Virus record (IMG/VR): IMGVR_UViG_3300043414_000666
Location: 1-39,689 of that record
DNA length: 39,689 nucleotides
Reading direction: 5' to 3' (one strand)
From: a virus
Lineage: Duplodnaviria; Caudoviricetes
The notes under the pieces are model-generated. The model was not told where the DNA came from and did no database searches. It saw nothing but the letters and a program-made list of their open reading frames with translations. Every line of letters begins with the position of its first letter. Position 1 is the first letter of the stretch. This document shows positions 1 to 7,908 of this stretch, one piece after another. The position numbers and the translations under genes were made by a program.

Positions 1-162
1 ACCCTCGCAAGCCATAACGATTGCGGAGTGTGCGGATAAGGCCTTGGAGGGGGTTCGGGCGGCAATCAATCGTGGATGCCTCTATGCCGGAATCCCATCC
101 GGAATCCCCAAGCTGGATCAGATTTGTGGAGGTTGGCAGGCCGGACAACTCATCGGGTTGGC
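1..162. repeat. Terminal direct repeat, copy 1 (circular overlap)
   Basis: 1-162 matches 39528-39689 except at positions 100, 127, 130 and 133. Confidence 0.97.
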
Positions 163-880
163 GGCTCGAACTGGTGAGGGAAAGACTGCCCTTGCCCTTC
201 AGCTTTCCTTATTTGCATCCGGCAACAAGTGGGATGCAGAGAAGAAGGATTGGGGAAACAAGGGTCACAAGATTGTCATGGTCGAATTGGAGATGAGTGC
301 GAGAGAACTTGGTCATCGAGCCTTGGCTCATCTTGGTGGTCCTTCGATGTGGAAGATGCGGGATGCCTCCAACATGACGGACTTTGATAAGATTCAGCTT
401 CAGTCTGCTAGGGATAGATTGGAAGGCTTGCCTTTCTTTATCGAAGATCCTGCGAGGATTCGTCTCTCCGACTTGAGGGCTCGAGCGAGGAGATGGAGGA
501 AGAGAATGGGAATGGAGATGCTGATCGTGGATCTTCTTGGGAAGGTCAGTCCTGACACTCGAGAGAGGGAGCGTTATCGGGAAGTAGCCCTTGTCTCTCA
601 TGGACTCAAGGCCTTGGCGAAGGAATTGAGTATCCCCGTCATGGCAGTCTGTCAGTTGAGTCGGGATGCAGTCGGGGACGGGGAGGCTGGGCTCCATCAT
701 CTTCGGGAGTCCGGCGATCTGGAACAGGACATGGACGTAGCCCTCCTGCTTACCAAGAAGGACGAGAATATCCGGAAGCTCAAGGTGGCTAAGAACCGGA
801 ACGGATTCTTGGGTCATGTCGATCTGATGTTTGACGGAGACAAACAAACCTTTAAGGAGTTCATCCCCAAAGCTGTATGA
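2..880 (+). CDS. dnaB: Replicative DNA helicase DnaB, C-terminal part (continues from 39088 across the circular junction; ~439 aa in total)
   Basis: Walker A AARTGEGKT, ELEMS, LIVDLL, QLSR, LRESGDLEQDMD, VAKNRNG motifs; frame is continuous with the ORF starting at 39088. Confidence 0.95.
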   Translation, partial: PSQAITIAECADKALEGVRAAINRGCLYAGIPSGIPKLDQICGGWQAGQLIGLAARTGEGKTALALQLSLFASGNKWDAEKKDWGNKGHKIVMVELEMSARELGHRALAHLGGPSMWKMRDASNMTDFDKIQLQSARDRLEGLPFFIEDPARIRLSDLRARARRWRKRMGMEMLIVDLLGKVSPDTRERERYREVALVSHGLKALAKELSIPVMAVCQLSRDAVGDGEAGLHHLRESGDLEQDMDVALLLTKKDENIRKLKVAKNRNGFLGHVDLMFDGDKQTFKEFIPKAV

Positions 881-1140
881 AAATAAACAAGATAAAGAAA
901 ATCATTAACGACTACTGGTGCGATCATGAAATCATGCTTGCCGACGGATTTGACGATGCCCTTGTGGGTGTGGGTTGGTCCTTCGATAAGTCTCCGTCTG
1001 CCGTGTATGACAGGGAGAAGTGCATTCATATACTCATGAAGCAGAACAAGTGGGATAGGTCTGATGCGGAGGAATACTTTGGATTCAATGTTGAGGGTGC
1101 GTTTGTCGGAGATAGGACTCCCATATTCTTAGAAAGGTAA
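877..1140 (+). CDS. Conserved phage hypothetical protein (ADGFDDA...AEEYFGFNVEGA type)
   Basis: ATGA overlap with dnaB stop; motif pattern familiar from aquatic phages. Confidence 0.8.
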   Translation: MKINKIKKIINDYWCDHEIMLADGFDDALVGVGWSFDKSPSAVYDREKCIHILMKQNKWDRSDAEEYFGFNVEGAFVGDRTPIFLER

Positions 1141-1155
1141 TACCTATCAGAACTA

Positions 1156-1380
1156 GTGGAGATAATTGATACAGAACTAGGCCCCCTCAATGTGGAGAAG
1201 GCAATCGAGCTAGCGGAGGGTGGCGAACTAAGTCTTGTGCCGATCCGCCGTGGTATTACAGACATAAAACTGAATTGTCTTTTGTTCGATATTCTAACGG
1301 AACGAGGATTCAAACTGGACTTTCTAACAGGAACATATGGCACGACCACTATACGAAACTGCGGAACAGAGGGAGGCTAA
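1156..1380 (+). CDS. Hypothetical protein
   Basis: GTG-start ORF filling the gap in the rightward operon; no recognisable motif. Confidence 0.45.
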   Translation: MEIIDTELGPLNVEKAIELAEGGELSLVPIRRGITDIKLNCLLFDILTERGFKLDFLTGTYGTTTIRNCGTEGG

Positions 1381-1762
1381 CGCTAAGTTAGCTGACTATT
1401 GGGGGGAGAAGATGGGGTATCAGTTGGACATCTCACCTAAGGCCTGCCTCTTCGACTACTATGTTCGCACTCCGCTTAATCAGTGGGGCTTGGCGGAGAT
1501 GCGTGTAAGAAGCTGTTCCAAGGACAAGCACGATACCTTCTTTATATCTGCTACGAAGTGGAGGAACCTAACTCAACTCTCCGAGAGATTCCACGCTCCG
1601 CTATTCTTGGTAGTCCGGTGGACTGACGGGGATGGGTATTTCCTGTGGCATGGGCAGAAGTTTGGGAAGGGATGGGGAGGCCGGAGATCCTGCAACGTAA
1701 GGGATTCCTACGATCAGGAGGAACTGATTCAGATCCCCATTGTAGAGTTCCGGCCATTCTAG
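1337..1762 (+). CDS. Putative PD-(D/E)XK-fold nuclease-like protein
   Basis: FDYYV...AEMRVR pattern (D...ExR) followed by FISATKW and LVVRWTDG. Confidence 0.6.
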   Translation: MARPLYETAEQREANAKLADYWGEKMGYQLDISPKACLFDYYVRTPLNQWGLAEMRVRSCSKDKHDTFFISATKWRNLTQLSERFHAPLFLVVRWTDGDGYFLWHGQKFGKGWGGRRSCNVRDSYDQEELIQIPIVEFRPF

Positions 1763-1992
1763 TGAAGCTCTCCGTCTCAAACTTGGACCTAGTGACGGAT
1801 GCTGGTTATCCGGTGGGACCTAGGTTCGTGATGGGTGGAAGGCCTCCGGCAATAGGGTTTGGTCCTTATAAGACAATCGAGGAGGCGGAGGAGGCAAGGG
1901 TTGAATGGGAGGCCTATATCAATGAGCGGCGTGAGGGTAAGGCTATACGAAAGTCCAAGACATACCGGAAGAAGAATGTCTCTCCTGCTTAA
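1762..1992 (+). CDS. Hypothetical protein
   Basis: GTG start overlapping the upstream TAG; basic C-terminus. Confidence 0.6.
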   Translation: MKLSVSNLDLVTDAGYPVGPRFVMGGRPPAIGFGPYKTIEEAEEARVEWEAYINERREGKAIRKSKTYRKKNVSPA

Positions 1993-2110
1993 AGTTGTAG
2001 TCGGGGCGATCCTGCTTTCCGCTGTCTTATGGGTTCTATTCTGGACTTCGTTGGCTTTGGTCTATTGTGCCATCACGATCATCGAGACTCTTCTCAAGCT
2101 ATTGCGTTAA
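1976..2110 (+). CDS. Small membrane protein (44 aa)
   Basis: ATG at 1976; MSLLLKVVVGAILLSAVLWVLFWTSLALVYCAIT is almost entirely hydrophobic; converges on the leftward array. Confidence 0.55.
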   Translation: MSLLLKVVVGAILLSAVLWVLFWTSLALVYCAITIIETLLKLLR

Positions 2111-2520
2111 GGCCCACTGATAAACTGCATCGACCACTCTCCGGCATTCTTACCCACGATAGTCCTTTGGTAATATAGTCCGGAGATGTCTGTCTCTTGT
2201 TTTGCAGGTGCGGGTTGAGCGTAGTATTTGCTAGCAATATCCGGCCCATAATCAAAGTTGATTGGCTCACCTATCGGGCTTCCACCGATTGCTCCGCCGA
2301 CTGGATACTTCGCCTTTAACTCAGCATAATACATATCCGCTCGATCTTTGATTATCTTCTGAACCCTGTCTCTCTCCGCATTATCTATCCTCTCCCTCTC
2401 CCTTACTGCCTTCCTGTAATCCTCCCAAGCCTGCGTCTGATCCTTACCGGATTGGGTAGGCCTAGATACTGCGAGAATTAACCCTCCTGCTAGCATCCCA
2501 TAAAGAAGGATCTTTTTCAT
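2107..2520 (-). CDS. Exported or membrane-anchored hypothetical protein
   Basis: N-terminal MKKILLYGMLAGGLILAV signal/TM segment; last gene of the leftward array. Confidence 0.75.
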   Translation of the reverse strand: MKKILLYGMLAGGLILAVSRPTQSGKDQTQAWEDYRKAVRERERIDNAERDRVQKIIKDRADMYYAELKAKYPVGGAIGGSPIGEPINFDYGPDIASKYYAQPAPAKQETDISGLYYQRTIVGKNAGEWSMQFISGP

Positions 2521-2524
2521 AGTA

Positions 2525-2932
2525 TTAAGCTACGAGGGCTTCCTTCTCCTTGCAACTCCAAGCTGGCTTGAATCCTTTCCGCTTTGCGTAGAGGACTGAT
2601 CCGTGGTCGCAGTTGAACTTGCGGGAGATTTCCGAGGGACTGATGCCTGCGTTATACATTCTCTGCCATACTGCCCAACGCTCCTTAACGGATCGCAAGT
2701 CTCTCTTCTGGCTAGCGTTGAGGATTGCCGGACTGATCTGGATGGGAGGCGGGGGGACAACTGCAATCTGGATGTCCTTTGCGTTGGCAATTAGCTTCTC
2801 CGCTTTCTCAACAGCTAGCGTTAGTCGAGTTACCCTATGTCCCAAAAGGGATAGAGTTTCGTTGGTGTCGGCTAGCTTATCTTCGAGTTGTTTGAGTCGG
2901 TAGGTTGTGGTGATTTGGAATGTGTTGTTCAT
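2525..2932 (-). CDS. Coiled-coil plus DnaA domain IV-like helix-turn-helix protein
   Basis: GISPSEISRKFNCDHGSVLYA resembles the DnaA signature SLPEIGxxFGGRDHTTVLHA; N-terminal heptad region and Pro linker. Confidence 0.7.
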   Translation of the reverse strand: MNNTFQITTTYRLKQLEDKLADTNETLSLLGHRVTRLTLAVEKAEKLIANAKDIQIAVVPPPPIQISPAILNASQKRDLRSVKERWAVWQRMYNAGISPSEISRKFNCDHGSVLYAKRKGFKPAWSCKEKEALVA

Positions 2933-3288
2933 TTGGTTTTGTCCTTTAGTGATTTCTCTACGATAGAATGTGCATAGTCTCCGCCAAACTTAACGCAGGG
3001 CATGATTCTAACTGGTAATCCTGCCTCTCTGCCCACCTCGTAGCCTTCTCCTGCATCAATATATTCTTCCACGCTCATGTTCTTGTCTCCCGCAAGATCG
3101 TGGTTCACCTCAATGGCTACTGATCTTTGGAGTTGGTCGAGGGTATCTCCGGCATACTCAACTCTATCCACTTCGGCGTTTGGCTTTCTATGCTCACAAC
3201 CGCAGGCATGGATCTCCATGAATGTGTCGGTGAATGGGCTTATGAATGCGACATCGTATGATCGAATGTTTTGTTCTTTCTTTTTCAT
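2929..3288 (-). CDS. Hypothetical protein (HxxGC...MPC possible metal site)
   Basis: ATGA-coupled at both ends; GAGG upstream; EIHACGCEH and IMPCV motifs. Confidence 0.8.
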   Translation of the reverse strand: MKKKEQNIRSYDVAFISPFTDTFMEIHACGCEHRKPNAEVDRVEYAGDTLDQLQRSVAIEVNHDLAGDKNMSVEEYIDAGEGYEVGREAGLPVRIMPCVKFGGDYAHSIVEKSLKDKTK

Positions 3289-3569
3289 TTGGTTTTCCTC
3301 ATATCTTCCTTAACAAGCTCCTTCGCAAACTTGCAGGCATAGCTAAAGATTTGGTGGTAGTTATCAAACCAACTCTGATACAACTCTCCTCCCTGCCATA
3401 TCTCCATATCTTCTATCTCTAGGCTGGGGATGCTCACTACTGCATCGGCAGTAAAGTTATACTTGGTATAGCCATCTCCATTATCGGTAGAGAAGGTGAA
3501 GGATATAGTCTTGCTACTTCTCGATCTGATAAGGTTTCCGGATTTCATGGGTCTTTTAATTGTAATCAT
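3285..3569 (-). CDS. Hypothetical protein
   Basis: Preceded by linker TAAGAAAGAACCTAT-ATG. Confidence 0.75.
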   Translation of the reverse strand: MITIKRPMKSGNLIRSRSSKTISFTFSTDNGDGYTKYNFTADAVVSIPSLEIEDMEIWQGGELYQSWFDNYHQIFSYACKFAKELVKEDMRKTK

Positions 3570-3581
3570 ATAGGTTCTTTC

Positions 3582-3803
3582 TTATTTCAACTGCCTATCA
3601 ATGTGCTTGCGAATGTCCGTCCAACTCTTGAAGGCTGGATGCTCCGGCTCCACCACTACTGAGTGTCCGGCAATCGTGGCGTTTATGAAAAGCCTATGCT
3701 TACGCTTTGGCTTTCCTTTCTTCGGATGGACTTCTACGAATCCATTCGACATTAGCTTATCAATCCAATCTGTTCTTTTCGTTACTGCGGATTTCTTTTT
3801 CAT
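3582..3803 (-). CDS. Basic hypothetical protein
   Basis: ATG at 3803 after linker TAAACCCAAACAAAGAAAGAACCTAT. Confidence 0.75.
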   Translation of the reverse strand: MKKKSAVTKRTDWIDKLMSNGFVEVHPKKGKPKRKHRLFINATIAGHSVVVEPEHPAFKSWTDIRKHIDRQLK

Positions 3804-3826
3804 ATAGGTTCTTTCTTTGTTTGGGT

Positions 3827-3931
3827 TTAATCTCTTTGGCAATACCAAGCTAGTCCTAGGACTAGCGTGGTGATGATGGGGGTGATGATTCCGATTAGCT
3901 GGTCGATGTCGTGTCCGCTCATGGAGATCAT
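3827..3931 (-). CDS. Small hydrophobic peptide, 34 aa (MISMSGHDIDQLIGIITPIITTLVLGLAWYCQRD), Fst/Ldr-like
   Basis: Not in the ORF track; GAGGAG upstream; fills the gap and its TAA starts the next linker. Confidence 0.65.
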   Translation of the reverse strand: MISMSGHDIDQLIGIITPIITTLVLGLAWYCQRD

Positions 3932-3932
3932 T

Positions 3933-4040
3933 CTATTTGCTCCTCTCTCCATTCCAAGTCATTAGGAATAGGATTGAGCAGATAACCGGAAGGGCAATTC
4001 GGGTTAGGGTGTCGAGGAGTTTGAGGAGTTCGGGGGTCAT
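3933..4040 (-). CDS. Small hydrophobic peptide, 35 aa (MTPELLKLLDTLTRIALPVICSILFLMTWNGERSK), Ldr-like
   Basis: Not in the ORF track; ATGA overlap with the upstream stop and GGAG upstream. Confidence 0.65.
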   Translation of the reverse strand: MTPELLKLLDTLTRIALPVICSILFLMTWNGERSK

Positions 4041-4321
4041 CTTTTCTTCTCCGGCTTGTCGTAATGACTAAAGAGTTGAACTGACAAGAATCTTTCCGTA
4101 TCCCCAACAAGTTTCTCTAAGAGCATCTTTTCTCCTCGGTATCTCCCTAGTCCTTGTGAGGCATCGGATATATCCTTGCCCCATCGCTTGACCTCGTCTG
4201 CCCTAGGGCTTTTCTTGAGCAACCTTTCAATGTCTCCGGAGTATGATCTAATACCCCATCGGCATTGTTTAAGGTGGGCTTGGATCTCCTTTAGGCTTGT
4301 GGCTATTAGTTTGTTTTTCAT
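4037..4321 (-). CDS. Hypothetical protein
   Basis: GGAGG RBS; ATGA coupling. Confidence 0.78.
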   Translation of the reverse strand: MKNKLIATSLKEIQAHLKQCRWGIRSYSGDIERLLKKSPRADEVKRWGKDISDASQGLGRYRGEKMLLEKLVGDTERFLSVQLFSHYDKPEKKR

Positions 4322-4551
4322 TTATTCTTCCCTCCCTTGGGGTTCAATTCGTTAGCATATATCTTAAGGATCGTGATCTTGCCCCTCTGGTAATAGGCAT
4401 ATCCAAGTTCACTCTCCCTATCTCCTCCGCAACGATCATCCATATAGGATTCGGGGTCTTTGATTCCGTATCCCTTTAGGATCTTGTATGATTTCTTTAG
4501 TTCTGATTCTGCGTGTTTGAGTTCTGCTTTAAGGCTCATTTGATTATTCAT
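4318..4551 (-). CDS. Hypothetical protein
   Basis: AAGGAGAGG directly upstream of ATG 4551 (alternative start 4566). Confidence 0.72.
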   Translation of the reverse strand: MNNQMSLKAELKHAESELKKSYKILKGYGIKDPESYMDDRCGGDRESELGYAYYQRGKITILKIYANELNPKGGKNK

Positions 4552-4816
4552 CCTCTCCTTCTTCATAGATGCACCCTGATTCCTCTAAGTCTCGGAGTTG
4601 ATAGATAATCCTCTCCGATAGTTGCTCGTCTAGGTCATCATCATTGACCAAGCTCAAGGCCTCACCAAAATTGAAATCGGTTAGGAACTTCTTCTTTTCA
4701 ACATCACCCCTAAAGGCCTTCCTTCTATACCAAGTCATTCCGATAATCTCTTTATGGGCTGACTTCGGATACTTCTTTAGGTCTGCAATTAGCTCGCCAA
4801 TAGTTTGTACGATCAT
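4544..4816 (-). CDS. Hypothetical protein, acidic C-terminal half
   Basis: GGAGG RBS; TIGELIADLKKYP N-terminal pattern common in small phage proteins. Confidence 0.78.
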   Translation of the reverse strand: MIVQTIGELIADLKKYPKSAHKEIIGMTWYRRKAFRGDVEKKKFLTDFNFGEALSLVNDDDLDEQLSERIIYQLRDLEESGCIYEEGEDE

Positions 4817-4819
4817 GGA

Positions 4820-5050
4820 TTATTTCCTCCCTTCTAAGATTTCAAATACTGATAGGTACTTGCGGTTCTCTCCGGTTTTCTGGTCGAGTACCCACTCAAG
4901 GGCTTCGATCCATCCGGTGATGTTGCCTCGTTCAAACTCGCCAACGCATTCCGCTTCGGGGAATGAGTCGTTGTTGAGTTGTTCCGCTTTCTCAAGCTGG
5001 GCTTTCTCTTGTTGTAGTGTTCTTTCGATTTCGGTTCTTGATGGTGTCAT
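4820..5050 (-). CDS. Hypothetical protein (GWIEALEWVL motif)
   Basis: Linker TAACCCAAGAAAGGAAACCCAA-ATG. Confidence 0.8.
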   Translation of the reverse strand: MTPSRTEIERTLQQEKAQLEKAEQLNNDSFPEAECVGEFERGNITGWIEALEWVLDQKTGENRKYLSVFEILEGRK

Positions 5051-5069
5051 TTGGGTTTCCTTTCTTGGG

Positions 5070-5339
5070 TTATAAAACTGAGAGATACTTTTTGAGGATT
5101 GCGAAGTCGGAGGCGGGGATTTCCTTCACCTTTTCAACTGAGGATATGATCTCTCCATTCTGCCAATATCCGTCATCAGCCTGCTCCGGCTCTTCATGTC
5201 CATACCAAGTCTTTGCCATGTTATCGGCATACTTGAGTGGATCGCTTGCCGTTCTGAATAAGCATTTTGTTTTATGCTCATACTCTCCGTGTTGTTCGTG
5301 TATTGTTACGATGTAGTGCTTTGGTTTTTTGTTCTTCAT
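5070..5339 (-). CDS. Hypothetical protein
   Basis: Linker TAAGAAAGGAACCAGAACCCA-ATG. Confidence 0.8.
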   Translation of the reverse strand: MKNKKPKHYIVTIHEQHGEYEHKTKCLFRTASDPLKYADNMAKTWYGHEEPEQADDGYWQNGEIISSVEKVKEIPASDFAILKKYLSVL

Positions 5340-5358
5340 TGGGTTCTGGTTCCTTTCT

Positions 5359-5577
5359 TTAGGTTGTGGGTTGCAGGGAAGGCTTCCGGAGGGCTGACAA
5401 TGGGATGGGTAAGGGCATCCAAAACTTGTAGAGGCTTCTTACACTCTCCGCCGAAACGATTAGGAGGGGTTCCCATTCGAGCCCGTTCCTTTCGATAAAG
5501 GAATGGGCGGATCGCTGAGAGGGAAACTCTCCGAAAATCTCTCCGGCCTCCGATTGAAGGTGATAGGTGGGGGTCAT
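5359..5577 (-). CDS. Hypothetical protein
   Basis: ATG 5577 overlaps the upstream TGA; GGAGGAG RBS. Confidence 0.68.
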   Translation of the reverse strand: MTPTYHLQSEAGEIFGEFPSQRSAHSFIERNGLEWEPLLIVSAESVRSLYKFWMPLPIPLSALRKPSLQPTT

Positions 5578-6122
5578 ACTCTCCTCCCATCCTCGAAGAA
5601 TTGGACATTGTTTGCGTCTGATGTGTCGATGAATCTCTCCTCGCTCAACTGATCTTCCCATTCGGCATCCACTCGAGAGACATAGGGGGTGACTAACTCT
5701 TTGAATGCCTCCCTTATTGTCGAGCCTGTTCGGATGGATTCTTGCAAGGATTCGACAAGTTCATAATCAAAGCAATATCCGGTAAGCCTTCCCGCATGGA
5801 GTTCCCCTTTCTTGTCCCGCAGTTTCGAGAGGATGTTATTTTCAAGCCAAGCAATCGCCCTCTTTCCGCTTAATCCATCGCAATCTTGTTCGTCAATTTG
5901 TATGTGATTATTCCGACAAGATGAATCTCCTAGGGCGTATCCCTTTAGCGTGTATCCACCCAATTCAATTAAGGCCTTTAGGCTTTGATACATTTCATCG
6001 CCCCATTGTAGTCCGTAGTTGTACTCTCCTTCTTTATATTTGTCGTAGGCCTTGGCGAAGGCGGAGGGGTGTTCGTGCTTTAGTTCAACGGCTGTAAAGA
6101 TTTGTAGGGTTATGGTGGTCAT
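5574..6122 (-). CDS. Conserved mobile-element hypothetical protein
   Basis: C-terminal EWEDQLSEERFIDTSDANNVQFFEDG resembles the ...SDEAxxExIxANxYxFxEDG end of a phage/ICE family; function unknown. Confidence 0.8.
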   Translation of the reverse strand: MTTITLQIFTAVELKHEHPSAFAKAYDKYKEGEYNYGLQWGDEMYQSLKALIELGGYTLKGYALGDSSCRNNHIQIDEQDCDGLSGKRAIAWLENNILSKLRDKKGELHAGRLTGYCFDYELVESLQESIRTGSTIREAFKELVTPYVSRVDAEWEDQLSEERFIDTSDANNVQFFEDGRRV

Positions 6123-6262
6123 TTGGTTTCCTTTCTGGTTCGGCTTTTGAGTTCTACTTTAATCGAGTGGACGATCTGCTCCGCCCTCTTTAGTTCCTCG
6201 GGTTCTAGGTGGTATCCGTTGAGGAGTTGAATAAGGATTACTGAGTCATCAAGAGCGGTCAT
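6119..6262 (-). CDS. Hypothetical protein, 47 aa (MTALDDSVILIQLLNGYHLEPEELKRAEQIVHSIKVELKSRTRKETK)
   Basis: Not in the ORF track; ATGA overlaps at both ends; GAGGAGG RBS. Confidence 0.75.
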   Translation of the reverse strand: MTALDDSVILIQLLNGYHLEPEELKRAEQIVHSIKVELKSRTRKETK

Positions 6263-6606
6263 TTGGTTGCCTCCTCTGTCTCTTCTTCCTCGTCTAACTC
6301 CGATTCGATCTCGTCTCGAATGTCGTTCACTTCGTCGAGGTTGTAGTATTCCCCATCAATCTCCTCCGAGATTGTTTCTCCTATCAAGGAATCTGCGTAA
6401 TCATTCACGCCACAACGGAACGCGGTGGGGTCAAGCTCCTCGATGATGCGGGATGGGGTGAAGGAGAGTCCGCCAACCTTCACAACTGGTTCGCATTCGT
6501 CGATCATATCTCGGTAAAGCTCTTCGAGGTCTATGGGTTTTAGTTCCTCCTTAACTCGTTTCTCTAGTTCGGCTTCGATCTTGTTTTCTCTTTGGTCTTT
6601 GTTCAT
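6259..6606 (-). CDS. Highly acidic protein, candidate DNA mimic
   Basis: Very D/E-rich; SRIIEELDPTAFRCGVNDY motif; linker CCAAGAAAGAACC upstream. Confidence 0.8.
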   Translation of the reverse strand: MNKDQRENKIEAELEKRVKEELKPIDLEELYRDMIDECEPVVKVGGLSFTPSRIIEELDPTAFRCGVNDYADSLIGETISEEIDGEYYNLDEVNDIRDEIESELDEEEETEEATK

Positions 6607-6633
6607 TGGTTCGGGTTCTTTCTTGGTTGCTGG

Positions 6634-6705
6634 TTATTTGTTCAGAGTCCAAGCCCCTAGGCCTAGGATTGCGAACATGGGGAAGAGGATTAAAATTAAG
6701 TCCAT
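6634..6705 (-). CDS. Small hydrophobic peptide, 23 aa (MDLILILFPMFAILGLGAWTLNK)
   Basis: Not in the ORF track; AAGGAG RBS; flanked by linkers on both sides. Confidence 0.65.
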   Translation of the reverse strand: MDLILILFPMFAILGLGAWTLNK

Positions 6706-6725
6706 TTATGGTTCTCCTTGTGGTT

Positions 6726-6735
6726 GCTTGTTACA
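6726..6735 (-). promoter_or_regulatory. TGTAACAAGC box 1
   Basis: Exact 10-mer, intergenic. Confidence 0.7.
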
Positions 6736-6736
6736 C

Positions 6737-7159
6737 TTAATCAACGCAAACCGAGATGCCTCGGCTATATATGCAGTTGAGGTGTTCGCCTTCTTTGATG
6801 TCTTTCTTGTTGAGGATATACAAGGCACACCCTCGCGGGTCTCCTTGCTGATAGGAAACTAGGTCGGGATGGCTTGCCATAATTCCGGCGAGGCGTTTCA
6901 ACGCTCCCTTCTCCTTGTCGGGGTAGGGGTATTTCTTGTCATTCCATTTGCCATCCATCCCCTGCCATTGTCGGCGGAAGTAGGGCTTTTCGGTGGCTTC
7001 GTCCCTTTCAATGCTTCCCGTCCCATCTCCGCATTCAAGCTCGTGCCATCGGTGAAGGGTTCGCTCAATGCGGAGAAGCTGGGAGGCCTCCGCATAGTCA
7101 AAGCCGAGGGCGTTAAGTCTGCTATACACGAATGCTATTCTTTCTTGTTTTCTGCTCAT
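6737..7159 (-). CDS. Conserved phage hypothetical protein (LHRWHELECG...QGDPRGCALY)
   Basis: Linker TAACCCAAACCAAGAAAGAACCAAAACAA-ATG. Confidence 0.82.
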   Translation of the reverse strand: MSRKQERIAFVYSRLNALGFDYAEASQLLRIERTLHRWHELECGDGTGSIERDEATEKPYFRRQWQGMDGKWNDKKYPYPDKEKGALKRLAGIMASHPDLVSYQQGDPRGCALYILNKKDIKEGEHLNCIYSRGISVCVD

Positions 7160-7185
7160 TTGTTTTGGTTCTTTCTTGGTTTGGG

Positions 7186-7416
7186 TTAGTTGGTTTCTTC
7201 TTTTGTAAGGATAAGATCGGGTTTCGTGTCGTAGTTGGGTTCGTTCTTGAAAAACTCAATCTTGCTTGGGTGGGTTTCGTATCCGTGTAAAACGGCAAAG
7301 TTGAGAGATTGATCGTCCGGCTTGTCGAATATCTCTAAAGCCCATTTGATAGAGTCGAACGATCCTGCTCCGCAGTCGGTGTCGTTTCTTGTTAGATAGG
7401 TCTGGCGGGTGTTCAT
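7186..7416 (-). CDS. Hypothetical protein
   Basis: Linker TAACCCAAACCAAAGGAGAAGCAAAACA-ATG. Confidence 0.8.
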   Translation of the reverse strand: MNTRQTYLTRNDTDCGAGSFDSIKWALEIFDKPDDQSLNFAVLHGYETHPSKIEFFKNEPNYDTKPDLILTKEETN

Positions 7417-7441
7417 TGTTTTGCTTCTCCTTTGGTTTGGG

Positions 7442-7651
7442 TTAGGCGAAAAGAAGGTGTCCTTCTTTGCGGATTTTTCCCGTCTTACATAATGCCCCTA
7501 TGATCGCTTGAAACTGATTTAGGGAGCATCCCTGAGCCATTAGGACAGCATAGAGGGAGCCTTCGGGGGTTCCGGATGGGCTCGCCTTAACTGCGTCGAT
7601 GACTGCATCTAGGATTTTCCGCATGGCTTTAATCTGGTCTTGGGTTGTCAT
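7442..7651 (-). CDS. Small protein, possible winged helix
   Basis: Three helical segments ending ALCKTGKIRKEGHLL; linker TAACCCAAGAAAGAACCCACACA-ATG. Confidence 0.75.
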   Translation of the reverse strand: MTTQDQIKAMRKILDAVIDAVKASPSGTPEGSLYAVLMAQGCSLNQFQAIIGALCKTGKIRKEGHLLFA

Positions 7652-7671
7652 TGTGTGGGTTCTTTCTTGGG

Positions 7672-7872
7672 TTAGTTGAGGGCGGGGGCTTCGTTCCTGA
7701 TCTCTTCTAATCGCATCCTAAAGATGTGAACGATGGATTCAGCATCCCGCAGGACGTCAACTGGATCGCGTAGCTCTGCGGATTCGATGGAGTTTGAGAG
7801 CCAATAGGATGTATAGGGCGAGTCTTTTAGGTCTCGAATGAGGTTAAGGGCGGGGGTTTGTTTGGTTGTCAT
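7672..7872 (-). CDS. Hypothetical protein (SYWL...RDPVDVLRDAE motif)
   Basis: ATG 7872 after AAAGGAAACCAAACCC. Confidence 0.78.
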   Translation of the reverse strand: MTTKQTPALNLIRDLKDSPYTSYWLSNSIESAELRDPVDVLRDAESIVHIFRMRLEEIRNEAPALN

Positions 7873-7898
7873 GGGTTTGGTTTCCTTTGGTTGTGGTT

Positions 7899-7908
7899 GC
7901 TTGTTACA
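7899..7908 (-). promoter_or_regulatory. TGTAACAAGC box 2
   Basis: Exact 10-mer overlapping the ArdC-like stop; shares TGTAACAAGCAACCACAA with box 1. Confidence 0.7.
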
